A stretch of 64,000 bases of DNA from Chrysomallon squamiferum (taxonomy: Eukaryota; Animalia; Mollusca). The number at the start of each line of letters is the position of its first letter. Position 1 is the first letter of the stretch. The translations under genes were made by a program, and so were the position numbers. A model generated the notes under the pieces. That model was not told the origin of the DNA and did no database searches. It saw only the letters and a list, made by a program, of their open reading frames with translations. The stretch is from NCBI GenBank assembly GCA_012295275.1, contig CM022673.1, positions 5,580,001 through 5,644,000 on the forward strand, given 5' to 3'. This document shows, one piece after another, positions 11,819 to 50,118 of this stretch.

Positions 11819-13072
11819 CTTTTTTTTATTTATTTTTTATTATTATCTTTTATTTTTGTACTTATATTTTGACTTACATAAATAACTTGTGTCTAAGAAA
11901 ACGTGAACGATTATAAATATGTGTGTGTGTATGTGTGTGTGTGTCAAATAAATAAAAGCTTTTAATACCTTTCGTAAAAATGCAGTTCTGATGATGATGA
12001 TGATGATGATGGTTGATGTCGATGTAGAAAATAAGCTTGGGTTTGTGTCGGTATTTCCTGATATAATAATGCTTCCATCACAAGCACGCCTAACATGCTG
12101 ACGTAAACCTCAGTTCTCGCATCATCGAGATTTGTAATGACAACACGCATCACTGCGTTTACCCCAAAAGGATTAATTACCATATACACGCATACCTTTG
12201 TTTAACCCGTGTGTTTGTGCTTGCGCAACAATGCAATAATCACATGTACCGTTTCAGTTTTCAATAACCTACTGTTTGTTTCTTTGGTTTTAATTTTTAT
12301 GCATGGAACAGTATCACTGGAAAATTGCGGCATCAAGCAGACTAAAGCCAAGTAAGTTGGGCCTATTCTAATAATATATAGCGTTTTTTTTTTGTTTTAA
12401 TTTTATTTATTTATTTATTTATTTTAATTTGTTATGTTTTACTATCACTGGTAATTTTAGGCCAGGATTATTCAAAAATGTTTCTTATTTATAGATGTAT
12501 TATATTATAGTAAATAATAGCCAGATTTTATTGAATATTAGTATATTTTTATGGCCGTAACTAAGAGATTAAAACTGTTGTTGTGAAACTGTACGTTTCC
12601 CCGCCCTTCCATGCTACCCGCCCTCCAATCTTTAGCTTCCGTGAACCGATATTTCTTCTACACCGGTTTCTCTATGTTGCTACGCCTCCGTTACATACCA
12701 CTATTATACCCAGTTAAGCGTTGAAAATCTAATTAATATTTAACATACAAAACCGTAAAGAAATTACAGTATAATATGATACATTATGATCGAATACAGA
12801 TCTTTTCTTTTAACGATTCTGTACAAATTCATGTGTATTTTGGGTGTGAATGCATGCGCACTCTCTTTGTCACTAACAACAAAATGTTTTTGAAATAAAA
12901 ATCGTTTATAGCCGGTGGTAGGTATTTATTTATTAAAAAGGTATTCAGTTATATTACAGAAAGAACAACAAGAAAAAAAAAAAAAAAAAAATGATACGCT
13001 ATACTTCAGTATTAGAAGAAAACTAAAACTTGTTTTTATACAAACATAATCGCCACCTTAAAACGTTAATTA

Positions 13073-13125
<53 letters not shown>

Positions 13126-13600
13126 TTTGCATTTATAAATACGAAATGTTACGTCGACATAAAATTAGTAATTTGATATTTTTGTCGTAGACTTTATTAT
13201 TAGCAAATTGCGGTTCGTAATTAAAATAAAGTTAAAAAGTAGAAAGCATTAAAACAAAAACATGGAAAAAAAGAAAATAATTTTAGGTTACTGTTTCATT
13301 CTATTTGTATTTGATCAACAGACGAAACAGACGGTTAGAAATAAAGAATAATACATATTTAAGAAATAAGCAAGATAATCGCTGTAAATGCACACAATGT
13401 ACAGAATGTCTAACATAATACAGCCTTGATAACGATCATAAATATCCTTCTTATCATACGTGAGATCTGACATGTGTGTGGTTCTTAGTTACAAATTAAC
13501 TGCTATTGTTAACACATAACCCTGCATAATTATCACAACATAACTATCGATTAAAGATTACGTCTACATTATAAAACTCTTTTTTCTTCTTATTACTTTC

Positions 13601-13613
<13 letters not shown>

Positions 13614-13656
<43 letters not shown>

Positions 13657-13900
13657 AAATTCTGAATACCTTGCTGACAATTTTTACTTGATAATATTAA
13701 AAAATACTGACACCCGGAAACAATGTAGCACCCACCATTCTTTTGAACACAAGAGCCGCAAGTTGTTTCAGAACGGGAAATACCCCTGTAACTATGTCTC
13801 GCACGAATTACTCGATACTATTTATTTCAGCAAACAGGATTCGAACCCTAGACCTAATTGTTTCAGATTAATGACAGGAGTGCTTTGGCCGTGAAAAAAT
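13614..13900 (-). mobile_element. Possible tRNA-derived SINE remnant
   Basis: Perfect Pol III B-box GGTTCGAATCC on the minus strand (13847-13837), followed about 180 bp downstream by a ~42 nt poly(A) (T-run 13614-13655). The A-box is weak, there is no full cloverleaf, and no target-site duplication was identified. Confidence 0.4.
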
Positions 13901-15991
13901 CTGCTGATAATACCATAATGATACAATGCTTGACTTATTAAGCTTTTAGTTTAGTGGAGAATTCTCTTTTGTTATATGGCCGCTAGGGACAAAGTGGAAA
14001 TGATAAAGAGCAATCAGGTCTCGTGGGGACGAGGAAATTGCATTTGGTCTTTAGAAAAAGCCATCATTACTTAACGTGGCCATTGATTGGTGATATGATT
14101 TTCACTCTGAATCTTTTTATCAATTTAAAGAGCTTCGCTCGCTAATTTTGGTGACATATTGACGGAACACATTTAGCCAGTTAATAAGATTATTTATTAC
14201 GTGTCTGCTGTGTAAAAAATGTTTAATGTAGCACTTACAACAAGGGTTGCAGGAAATAGGGGGAAAGTGGAGGGAAAATAAGAAAGAAGAAAAGAAATAT
14301 TGGCGAGACATGAATATAAATAAATAAATAAATAAATCTAATTCGTCCACATGAAAATTTTAAAATTTTGTTTTTTAAATCTCTTGCTTCAATAACTTTT
14401 CTTCCTTATTTTTCTCTCTCCTATCTTCAAAATTACCATTACTGCTTATGACCTTCACCGTGACCTGTTTAAATAAGTAACCAAACTAACTTGTCAGTGA
14501 CGGAATTTTCCACTCTGAAATTCATCGCGATGTTCATTGTTCTACTTTTTAAAACAGTAATATTTATTTTTAACCATGATTTTATTTGTTATCCATCTAA
14601 ACAAAAACAACAATACCAGCAACAAAAGAATTAAATAAATAAAAATAAATAAATAAATAAAAATACAAAAAACATTTGCAGTGTATAACAAATGTTACGC
14701 AAACAAAACAGTTAAGAAATGAAATGTTCCAAAATACTTTTTTTTTTTTTTTTTTTTTTTTAGAAACTTTTGTAGGAAATGTCTTCCTAACATCAACCAA
14801 GACTCTTATCATCCCTGTATGCATAAAATCGTGGTGTATTGCTTTTTGTATTTTGTAGTAAGCTATATCATTTATTTATACTGAATGTTATTAAACAGAT
14901 ACAGGACACTAAATGAATGAATCATTTAAACATTCAAGCACACAATCCATGAACCTGATTTGTCGACCAGTTTCAGCGTATGCGGATTTGGATATTAGTT
15001 ACAAAGAAAGCAGTCTGTATTTGACGGTTTCATGTTCCAGTAGGTGTCGCTACCGGGAAATGATCCCATTACTACCAGTTTTTTAGGCCGACGGGTTGCA
15101 ATGAATCTGCCACGCTGGCTGGTATGAAAGTAAATGTTTGATTGGGCGCCTGTTTGATTAGTCCACTCATTTGACCTGAACACGGTCATGTGAACTTCTG
15201 TGTAAGACTGACTTCAACTTCAGTCGGGAATCTTCCAGAAACGCCACATTGATTTCCCAACCAGTAAAAAAACAGAGAATTTAACTCCGAGCCCGAGTGT
15301 ATATCAATAATTCGAGCCGCAGATAAACAGCAAGCGAGTGTTTATTGTTGTTCGTTTTAGAAAATATATAATGTGATATGTAATTAAATGAGGCGAAAAT
15401 AGTGCGCGCGTGTGAGTTTGTGTGTGTTGGGGAATGAATGTTTGATATACTGTGTTCTATCATGTGTATATAAGTTGCATTTTTGACTATTCAGTTATAT
15501 GATGATAAAGCTTATTTATTTATTTATTTATTTATTTGTTTATTTGTTCGTTTGTTTGGTTTTTTTGTGGGATATGTGGGATATATTAAAACGTATTTAT
15601 CATTTAAAAAAAAATAATAATAATAATAATAAATAAATAACATAATCTGACGTCTAATGGTTTCCAACAGCTTTATACTTTCTGGATTACTAGAATTTGT
15701 TTATCTATAAAAGGTCAAGAATCGTGGCGTCTACAATTTGCTCCATCTATTCTCGTGTTCAGGTTGCTGGATCTTTTTGCAGTTCATGGAGCATCTGTCC
15801 AACATGTTTTTCATTTATTTCTATGTTTCTATACTTGTCTTAAATTACGAAAAAAATAAAAAATAAAAGAAGAAGAAAAAGACCATGACAAAACTACAGG
15901 TACACAGGGAATGGGAGGCGAAAATCAGATTAAAATATTTTATTGAGCGTTGCGAATCCTAGTGTCCGAGGCTGGGGAGGGGAAGGTTATA

Positions 15992-16043
<52 letters not shown>

Positions 16044-16160
16044 TAAAAAATAAAATAAAGGGGAAAAAGAAAGAAAGAAAGAAAGAAAAAGTGCTAATAC
16101 GAAAACAAATACATTAAACTTGGCTGCAAGTGTTTGTGTGTGTTTGTGCCTAAATTAATT

Positions 16161-16220
<60 letters not shown>

Positions 16221-17515
16221 GATTTAAAACAGAAGACAGCAGGAGTGAAAATAATATGTAACCAAAACAGTGAAATAAAGAAATAGTTTAGTAATCTCCC
16301 TTGAATACCGATGTTTATTGATCCGTAAAAGATTTGAAATTGTTTAATATAAAATGAGTTATTTAGAAAATACTGTGTATGCCAACTGTCTATTGTTAAT
16401 GACATGTCCAAATATTTTTCAGTTGTGAATGTGGTTTATTAAGCAGTTCTATTCAGTATATTCATGGAATCAATATTTTTTATTGTGGATTATCACAGAA
16501 AAAAAAAACCCCAAAACAAACAAAAACAACAAACAAACAAACAAAAAACGACAAAAATATTTTAAAGTAAATATTAGTAAATTTACGTAATTAAATTTTC
16601 CTTCACTTCATTCAAATAAAATTATTTTAAATCATTAACAATTGCTGAAGTCTTTACAAGCCTAAAATTATACAACGCGTAAAAAGTAAATGATTCAGTC
16701 TTTCTAGACTATTTACAGAGTACAGTTTAATCACAACATTGTGTAGATTAATTAACAGTGTATGTTTAAAATTCAGTAGACCGATTAGTAGTGAAATCAG
16801 CACTTAGTTTTAATTGTAAACTAATGTATTAATCAGATTAATGCCTAAAGTAATGCTAGCAACACGATAAGTACCCGTGTAGACAAAAACAGTCAACTGT
16901 CGTGGTTAATTAATTAGATTGTTTAGATATACCTGATTTAGTCTTAACTGATTACTGCCGAGTACTGTAATTAGGTACGTTTCAGAAATAGACCGCTAGT
17001 TCGCGAATTCCCCAAATAATAGTAATAATTTTGTTCTGTTATGGTTGGTAAAATTATATAAATTAACCTGAAACAAAGAAATATCTAAAGAATTTTCATT
17101 TCAAAAAAAAAAAAAAAAACACAAAAGAAAACAAACAACAACAAAAAAAACCCTTTTTATTATTAATTTTAATTATTATCATTATTATTACTATTACTAA
17201 CATTAGTATTAGTATTAGTAATAATAATATCGTTTATTACACTACAAAGAACATTATAGCTTAAAATAATAATAAATAATAATAATAATAATAATAATAA
17301 AAGTAAAATTTATGAAATAAAATAAAAATTAAATGTTGTTTATTTATTTTAAATGATATACTTCACCCTAGACCTACCTATCTATCAGTCTGTCTGTCTT
17401 CTAAATATATACTATTTTTGCAAGCTCAGCTGCAAAGATATATTTGTAATAAATTTAAATATGTATATAATTTACTTTTTAATTATTTTTATAATAATAA
17501 CAACAACACTTATTA

Positions 17516-17585
<70 letters not shown>

Positions 17586-17739
17586 ATTTCAGTTTGCAGC
17601 CTTTTATCAGTAGTACACGATATACACTTCGATAACCAACTGATGTATTTTAAGTAGTAGGGCTAATAAATGTTTCGTTACATATTTAACGTATGTATTA
17701 ATACAGAGGTATTAATTTCACCTACACAACAATAGATAA

Positions 17740-18271
17740 CATGGCGCGCCTTTGATTATGCCGCCAAATCACCTATTTTGCATATTTACTTCAACGCCAC
17801 ATAGAAACAACTAGAATATCTATGCATCGAAAAGGCAAATACTTGCAGCGGTCCCAAGGCGGGAATCCCTTCCGCAACAAGGGCATCCCTAACCGGAAAT
17901 AACCGACAGAAGCCGAGTAGTTGTTGATCCAAATTGCGGAGTAGAAGAAAATAAAAGCTGATTTTGTTTGTGTCGTTTTATGAAAATTCATAGACGATAA
18001 ATTGAAAGGAACGTTGAAGAGATAAGGTGATATCTTTAAATATTCCCACCAAACGTGCGGTTAGAAAACAGCAGCGTGAAGGTGGATGACGTCACGGGTA
18101 AGCATCAACAAAGTTAGCCGAAAACCACCACCACTATTTTACGATTAATTAATTGCATAATTAGGTCATGCGATTATGAGAAAAAATGCATAGATTTAAA
18201 ATAAAAGATTAAGTTGGCAACTAGACTTGAAGGTCTTGGATCAAGGCTTTAAAGTCGGACTGTTTCGAGGG
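17740..18271 (+). promoter_or_regulatory. CpG-rich promoter/5'UTR of the Tousled-like kinase
   Basis: Local CpG/GC enrichment directly before the ATG at 18272. E2F-like ccgccaaa (17761-17768), ETS-like aaccggaaat (17891-17900), CRE tgacgtca (18087-18094). Confidence 0.55.
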
Positions 18272-39055
<20,784 letters not shown>

Positions 39056-40954
39056 TCAGTGATGAATGGGTTATTTGTTGACTGGAAAAAAAAGATTTAA
39101 AAAAAAAGAAATACCTCGACTTTCAAGGGGATAATTCTGTATGGTGTTTTAGTATGTTTTGGAATGCAGAGAAAACAAGTGTTGATAATAACAACAACAA
39201 ATATGAGAGCTTTAAATTTTTGTCAGTGTCATTATGATGTGCATGTATGTTCTGTTTCTTCTCAATATAAGAGGAAAAAAAATTGTAGGTATGAAATCTG
39301 TTCAGAATATTCCATGTTGAAGGATGGGAAATTTTATATATTATACCTGGTGAAAAGAAAACTGTTTCCTTATTTATTTATTTTTAATTTTTTTAATATC
39401 AAGATTATTATGCTTGTTTCTGGATATATACTCTCCTTCTTTCTTTCTTTCTTTCTTTCTTTTTTTTTTTTTGGATTATATACTGGCATAAAAATCTATA
39501 GTGATTAGTTTTTAAAAAAAGAAAATATCTGTTTTAATGAAATTTTCAATATTTCAGTATATGCTAACAAGTGATTCCTAGTGGGGGTCCATTTGGTTCT
39601 AGGGTTTTGAAAGCAATCTCAAATAGTTCTGCCAAAATATGTAGAAACAAAATTGTTAATTTAGTAAATGGTATATGCAGGGTGGGAGTTTGAAAAATAA
39701 ATATATTATTAGTGGTCCTGCAACAGTAAAATGATTGAGAAAAACTATACCATCCATTTTTTCATATCAAAGAATTTTCCAAAAATTATATTTGCTAAGG
39801 TTATTTCACACCTTAAAATTCTTTAATTTAAATCAATCATTTGATCTTTAAAATATCTTAACAGGAAGTGGTTTAATTTAGATCAAATAATACTTTAAAT
39901 AATCGAGAAAAAAATTATTTCATTTAGAGAAAACATTTTTAGAAAAGTATTAAAAAATATATAGAAGATTAATTAGACACATTTTTTACTAAATTTTCTC
40001 AAATGCTTTTTTTTTTAATTTAATTTTTTTTTTTTTTTTTTAAACTAGTTTTTGGATTGAAAGATTTTTTGGACTTCATCTTTTAAATGTTCATTTGTAG
40101 ATTTTGGGGTAATTCATACATATCTATATTACATTTCCATTTTTCATATTTATTACTTTTACCCACCACAAATTATTCATTGTAAATGCTGTATTCCATG
40201 CCTTTTTTTTTGCTTTGATAATCCTATCTAGATGTTTTAAATCTGTCCAAATATCGTGACATATATATAATAGAAGTATTTGGTTAAAAAAAAAAAGAAG
40301 AAGAAAGAAATATAATCTATTTCAGATTTTATTTTTAACTATTGCTTCTGCTTGGCACATAATGGACTCGGTGTAAAAACCTTTTACATATATACTTAAA
40401 AATAATAATAATAATAATAATAGTGATATAAATTCAAAGACCATAATGACCATCAGTCAATTTTTTTTTTTTTTTTTTTTAATTGAAAATAAAACGTCTT
40501 TATAGATCACTAATGTAAAAGTAAAACTAAAATGATAACACGAAAGAGATAGTGGAGAGTTGGTGAAATATTTTATGGGATGGAATGAATATTTATATTT
40601 TTTATTTTATGCCATTTGTATTACATGTAAACTGTACATTAAGACACTGTATGTCATTTCATTGTTACTGTTTTTATTTTTCCCCTTTCCCCCTACCATT
40701 CTATATAGCTACTGTGAACATTATACATTTGTTAATGCACAAATGACAGTTATTTATTATTAAGTTTCACTGGAGGATTAAAACAACTCTGAAAATGCAA
40801 TAAGCTTGATTGTTATACCTAAACCAGTATTTTTGATGAAAGTTACTGAAAAAGATAGAATGTTTTTAAAAAAGAAAATATGTGAAGAGTTAATTGTTTC
40901 TGTGTCAACAAATGTGTTAACGATTCCATTGAATGAAGGACCAGTGATAAAGCT

Positions 40955-41460
40955 GTGGATTATCTTAATCATCAGGTGGATGGATTATCTTTAGCAAGAT
41001 AAAGATTATCTTTATCAAGATGTGGATTATCTTTACCTAGATATGGATTAACTTTATCCAGAGTTGAGAACCAAAATATGGATCATCATTATGAATCAGT
41101 GGATTATCTTCACTAAGATAAAAATATCTTTACTATTGTATGGATTATTTTTATCAGTAGATGGGTTACGTCTTAATCAGGATGTGGATTTTCTTTATCT
41201 GCAGAAGGATTAGCATCTTATTGGTACGGATTATGAATTAACATATTCAACAGGTGAATTATTATCACCAAGATATTGATTATTTTTTTAGCAGTGGATG
41301 GGATTAGCTACATCAAGACACTGATTATCTTTATCAACAGGTGGTTTATCTTCACCAAGGTATTGATCATCTTCACCTAGATATGGATTATTTTTATCTA
41401 GATTGGATTATCTCCACCAAGGTATAGATAAGTTTTTATGAAGAAGTGAATCATCTTCAA
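40955..41460. repeat. Degenerate ~21 bp minisatellite downstream of the TLK stop
   Basis: About 20 units resembling gtggattatctttatcaagat. Confidence 0.8.
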
Positions 41461-42267
41461 AAATAAAAATGAAATATCTCAATCAAGAGGCAAAATAAAG
41501 TGAAAAAAACACAACATTCAGACACTAGAAGTCGGATCATTCATGGAAAGTAAACAATTGAAAACAAGATTTGTCTTGAAATGTACTTTCTGAGTTGTGC
41601 CAGTAAATGAGGTGATTTTTTTTTTTTTTTTTTTTTTGTCCATGATTTTTTCCAAAAGCTTCAACATTTCTGACCAAGTATGCTACTATCTTAAATGTGC
41701 TTCATGGTACATTTGTGAGTGCATGGCTGTTCAAGTGTTTTAAGTAATGTGTGATATGTGTGTTTGGGCACTGTTGAAAAAAACAAACATTTTTAAGGAC
41801 ATTTTGTTTTTTGTGTTTTTTTTCCATAAACTTTAATTAATTTTTTTTTTTTGATTTTTTTGTTAGTGTACAGTGACTGAAAGGATAAAACAAATGTCTG
41901 CAAATGAAAGCAGATTAATTTATGTGATAACTGCAGCTGTGTGACTGATTGTTGCTGATGATAAACAAAATGTTATCTGAAAACTGGAATAATGTAAGAC
42001 AGTGTAAATCTTTGTAAACTGCCCTGTGTATATATATATTCAGTGATACATTTTTTGGTTTTGTTTTCTCTCTTTGTCTTCGGGCAATAAGCAATACTGT
42101 CATACAATTTCAACAATTCCCAATAAGTTATTCTATGGTTATTTTATAAACAGAAAACCATTGTTTTAATAATTTAGCACCAAATATGTAATTTTATATG
42201 TAATTAATTTTGAAAAGAAAATTTATTTGATCATTTACTGCTTTTTTTTTTTTTTCATTTTATTATG

Positions 42268-42331
<64 letters not shown>

Positions 42332-44960
42332 ATAAAATTATCTAAAACAGCATTTATTTCTTTTCTTTTCTCTTAATATATAATTTTTTCATTTAGTGTT
42401 ATAATTAACATATATCACATTTGTCTCAATTTATTATTGCTAACCCGGTAAATGTTTTGTTTTTCAGGTGTAACTTATTAACTTTTTTTTTTAAAATTTC
42501 ATTACTTGTCATTAAGACTGATAAATAACCACAACCAAACTAGAAACAGTGAAAAATTAATTGCAGATTATTTCAGTAGATATAACAATACTTCTATCTA
42601 AACTGTCAAATATGCATTTTTTAAATTTGTGTTTAAACATTTAGTTAAAAAAAATATATATATATATATAATAATACATTTTATATATATATATATATTT
42701 TCTAATACTTGGTAGTACTATAAGAATAAAAATAATAATTATAAATCTTCTTGAGGTATTTATATTACTCTTAAGTTCTGAGTAATGCTTTTTGTATAAT
42801 AAAATATGGATATAAGAATATAAGTATTAGAGAAACAGAGGGACAGAATTTAAGAATAATTTGTAAATATTTAATAATAAGCTGGAAAATTATCCTTTGT
42901 TTTAGTAAGCCATTTTGCTTTCTGCCATACAATATTCACTAGAGCCAATAACTGGAAAAGAACCAAATAAAACAAAATTTATTATATGCAATCATTTTTT
43001 TAAAAATTATTTCTTATTTTGAGATTTATTAGTTGAGACCTTCTTGTTACTAGTATGTTGTGCTTTCTGCTGGTCAGTTACATAATGTCAGCCCAAACTT
43101 TGATGTCTTTATGATTCCAGTAGTTGCAACGGTTCTAAACTTCCTTTATTAAAAACCTGAAATAATCTGTATCCAGATTTTGCAGATATATATCAAGATG
43201 TATAATTATTATATGTGTATATATATCACCTAGTAACATGCCTTGGCTGTGAACATGCATCATTCATTTTGAAAACAAAGATTCTGATAGATACATTTCT
43301 TATGTAACAATATTAAAATACACTACTTAATCTAAAATGACCCCCACCCTATTCAAATACAATTTTTTTTAACAGTTAATGATTAAAATTATATTATATC
43401 TGTCTTTTTCTTCCCATGTTTTTTTTTTAAAATATTTTTTCCATTTCCTTTTTATCTTGTGTCCATAGCCAATTTTTTTTTCTACTTCCCCCCCTCCCCT
43501 CTTAATAGATAATTACTGTTCTGATTTTCCCACATCATCTCTGAGATTGTATAAAATTCATGTTAAAAGTATTGATTGACTGTTTAATTTTCCTTTCATC
43601 GCTTCCCATGTGTCATAACTGTCACTAACACTGACATGAAATTACTTTGTTACTTGTTAATCAAGCAGTTCTAGTCAAGCCAGAGCATGCCAAACTGCTA
43701 ACCTTCTTGCCAGTGGGTAGGGGATTAATACTTTTGTTTGTTTGTTTATTTGTTTTGTTTATTATTTTTCAGGTATTTTTGTTGGATTACAATTCATTTC
43801 TGCACAGATGAAGTTGTCCATATATTCTGTTCACAATTTTAGACCTTCTTTTTTCTTCTTCTTCTTCTTCTTCTTATTATTATTAACTATTACTAAAAAC
43901 TTCTCATTCTACTTGTAAAATAAAGATACATTGCTTAATTAGGACTAATGCTTTAGAAGATCTTTTTATAGGCAACAAGATACTTTTTCCTCAACAACAC
44001 TGCAGCATGAATATTTGTTGTGCAAGCTGTCCTTAAACCCACTTAAATGTTTGTCTTTTCCTACAATAGCCACATTTTACTGTTAAGTAATTTATTAAAC
44101 AGTCTTAATGACTTTATTTTACCTCTTAATAATTTCCAAGTTAATCCAGGCTAAACTAATTTCCCTACCTCATGATTTTATCTTGATCAGGTTGAGAGAT
44201 AGTGGAATGGTTTTTTTTTTTTTTTTTTCTGGGTTTTTTCCTTTTTTAAAATGCTAAAACCAGTCTTTTTTTTTTTTTTTTTACTGTTATAAGATTTGGG
44301 GTTTTTTTCCTTTGGTTTTTGTTCTGTTTTTGTATATTTTGTTAGATCTGTATCTTTGTAGCATTTAGAACAGTTTTAAAAAATATTCACAAGCACAGAA
44401 TATATCTTTATTATTCTTCATTGTATTAAGTGTTCATCTCTATTTATTTGTTTACTTATTTGTTGTTGTTGTTGTTGTTATTATTAATATTATTATTATT
44501 ATTATTATTATTATTTTTTTTAAATTCCCTCTCCACTGGTAAATTTATTACATTAATACATTTCTTCTCAAATCTATCACACATTAAATATTGTTCACCA
44601 GTCTTAATGAAGTAAAAACATTGACTTTCAGCTTCTCTGTTATACTATGGAAAGCTGAGCAGTTAACGAATACACATTTTGATTTGTACATGAAACAATA
44701 TATATATATATATATTATTGTGATCTGTGTTTCACAGCTCATAGCTATCATTTCTTCATTATTATTACATATATATTTTTTTTAATTATTATTTATTTAT
44801 TTATTTTATTTTATTTTATTTTATTTTTATTACTCCTCAGACAGACTGATATTTAATCATTTCATGAAAATTAAAATGTCAAACTTTCTCTTTATTAAGT
44901 TTTTTTGTGGTGATTTTTCTGCTACTTATTTTATTGTATTTTATTTTTTATTATTTATTT

Positions 44961-44999
<39 letters not shown>

Positions 45000-46013
45000 G
45001 GTCTTTTCCTTTTTACTTTATTTATTATTTTAATTCAAATAATAATTTATTTATCATATTATCATTATTATTAAATATATAAACTATACAAAATCATGAT
45101 CACAAATCTTTCCCATGAAATGTATGCAGTATATATTGTTTTGGTTATAACCCAATTTCTTGTTGCAATGTTTTTCGTGTGGTAGTGGTTGAGGTAAGGT
45201 GTGTGACTGTTAAAGGGCAGTTTAAGTTGTTTTCGTACCACTGGTTGACTGATGAATATAAAAAAAACAAGAAGCTCAGTACTTGCAGTTGTTGTTCAGT
45301 TGAGAAAGAGAGAGCGAGAGAGAGAAATGACCGTATTCTTGGTTGTTTTTATGGAATAAAATGTATAAATCATTTTACATATAAAACGTTTTTTGGTTAT
45401 TTGTTCTTCACGTGTTACTAGTTTTATACTGTTAAACTGTAATAGATAGATACAAAAATTTATAAAATGCATAAACTTCTTGCTTATATAGGATCGTATT
45501 ATCGCGAGGGAAAAAACCTGACGATGATAGTTTCATCTAAAGCCGATATGCTGTTCGTAAATAACTGTCCAAGACATACAAGTTCATTTGTTGTCTAATC
45601 CGATTTCAAACAATGTTACTTACTTTTTGATAGATGTAAAGCTGTTTAGTTTATTCAGTTTCAGAATTAAAAGTATTATTTCACAACCAGAAGAAAATTA
45701 CGTGACGCAATTAAAATATCCGACATTTGTACCAACATCAGTTGATAACACTTCTGGTTAAACCAAATATTAAAGGAAACAATAAACTAAAAACTTGAAA
45801 TGAGAGGAAATTTTATTGAGAAAATTAATCTATTTCTGTTTATAGCACTGTATAGTATTGCAGCAGATATTCTTTATAGCATAATGAGATCAGTAGCAAC
45901 TGAAAAAAAAAAACGCAAGGATATTTTTTTTTTTTTTTTCTTTTAAAACTACCTATAAAAGTTCAGCAGTGTTCTAAAATCAGAGAATTCAGGCAGTGAA
46001 GGAAAATAGATTG

Positions 46014-50118
<4,105 letters not shown>

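Noticed and set aside
13820-13900. Possible tRNA gene
   Set aside because: Only the B-box/T-loop is intact and no acceptor or anticodon stems could be paired. Kept only as a low-confidence SINE remnant.
17791-17991. 66-aa minus-strand ORF divergent from TLK
   Set aside because: No recognisable motif or splice structure. It lies within the GC-richer promoter where chance ORFs are more likely.
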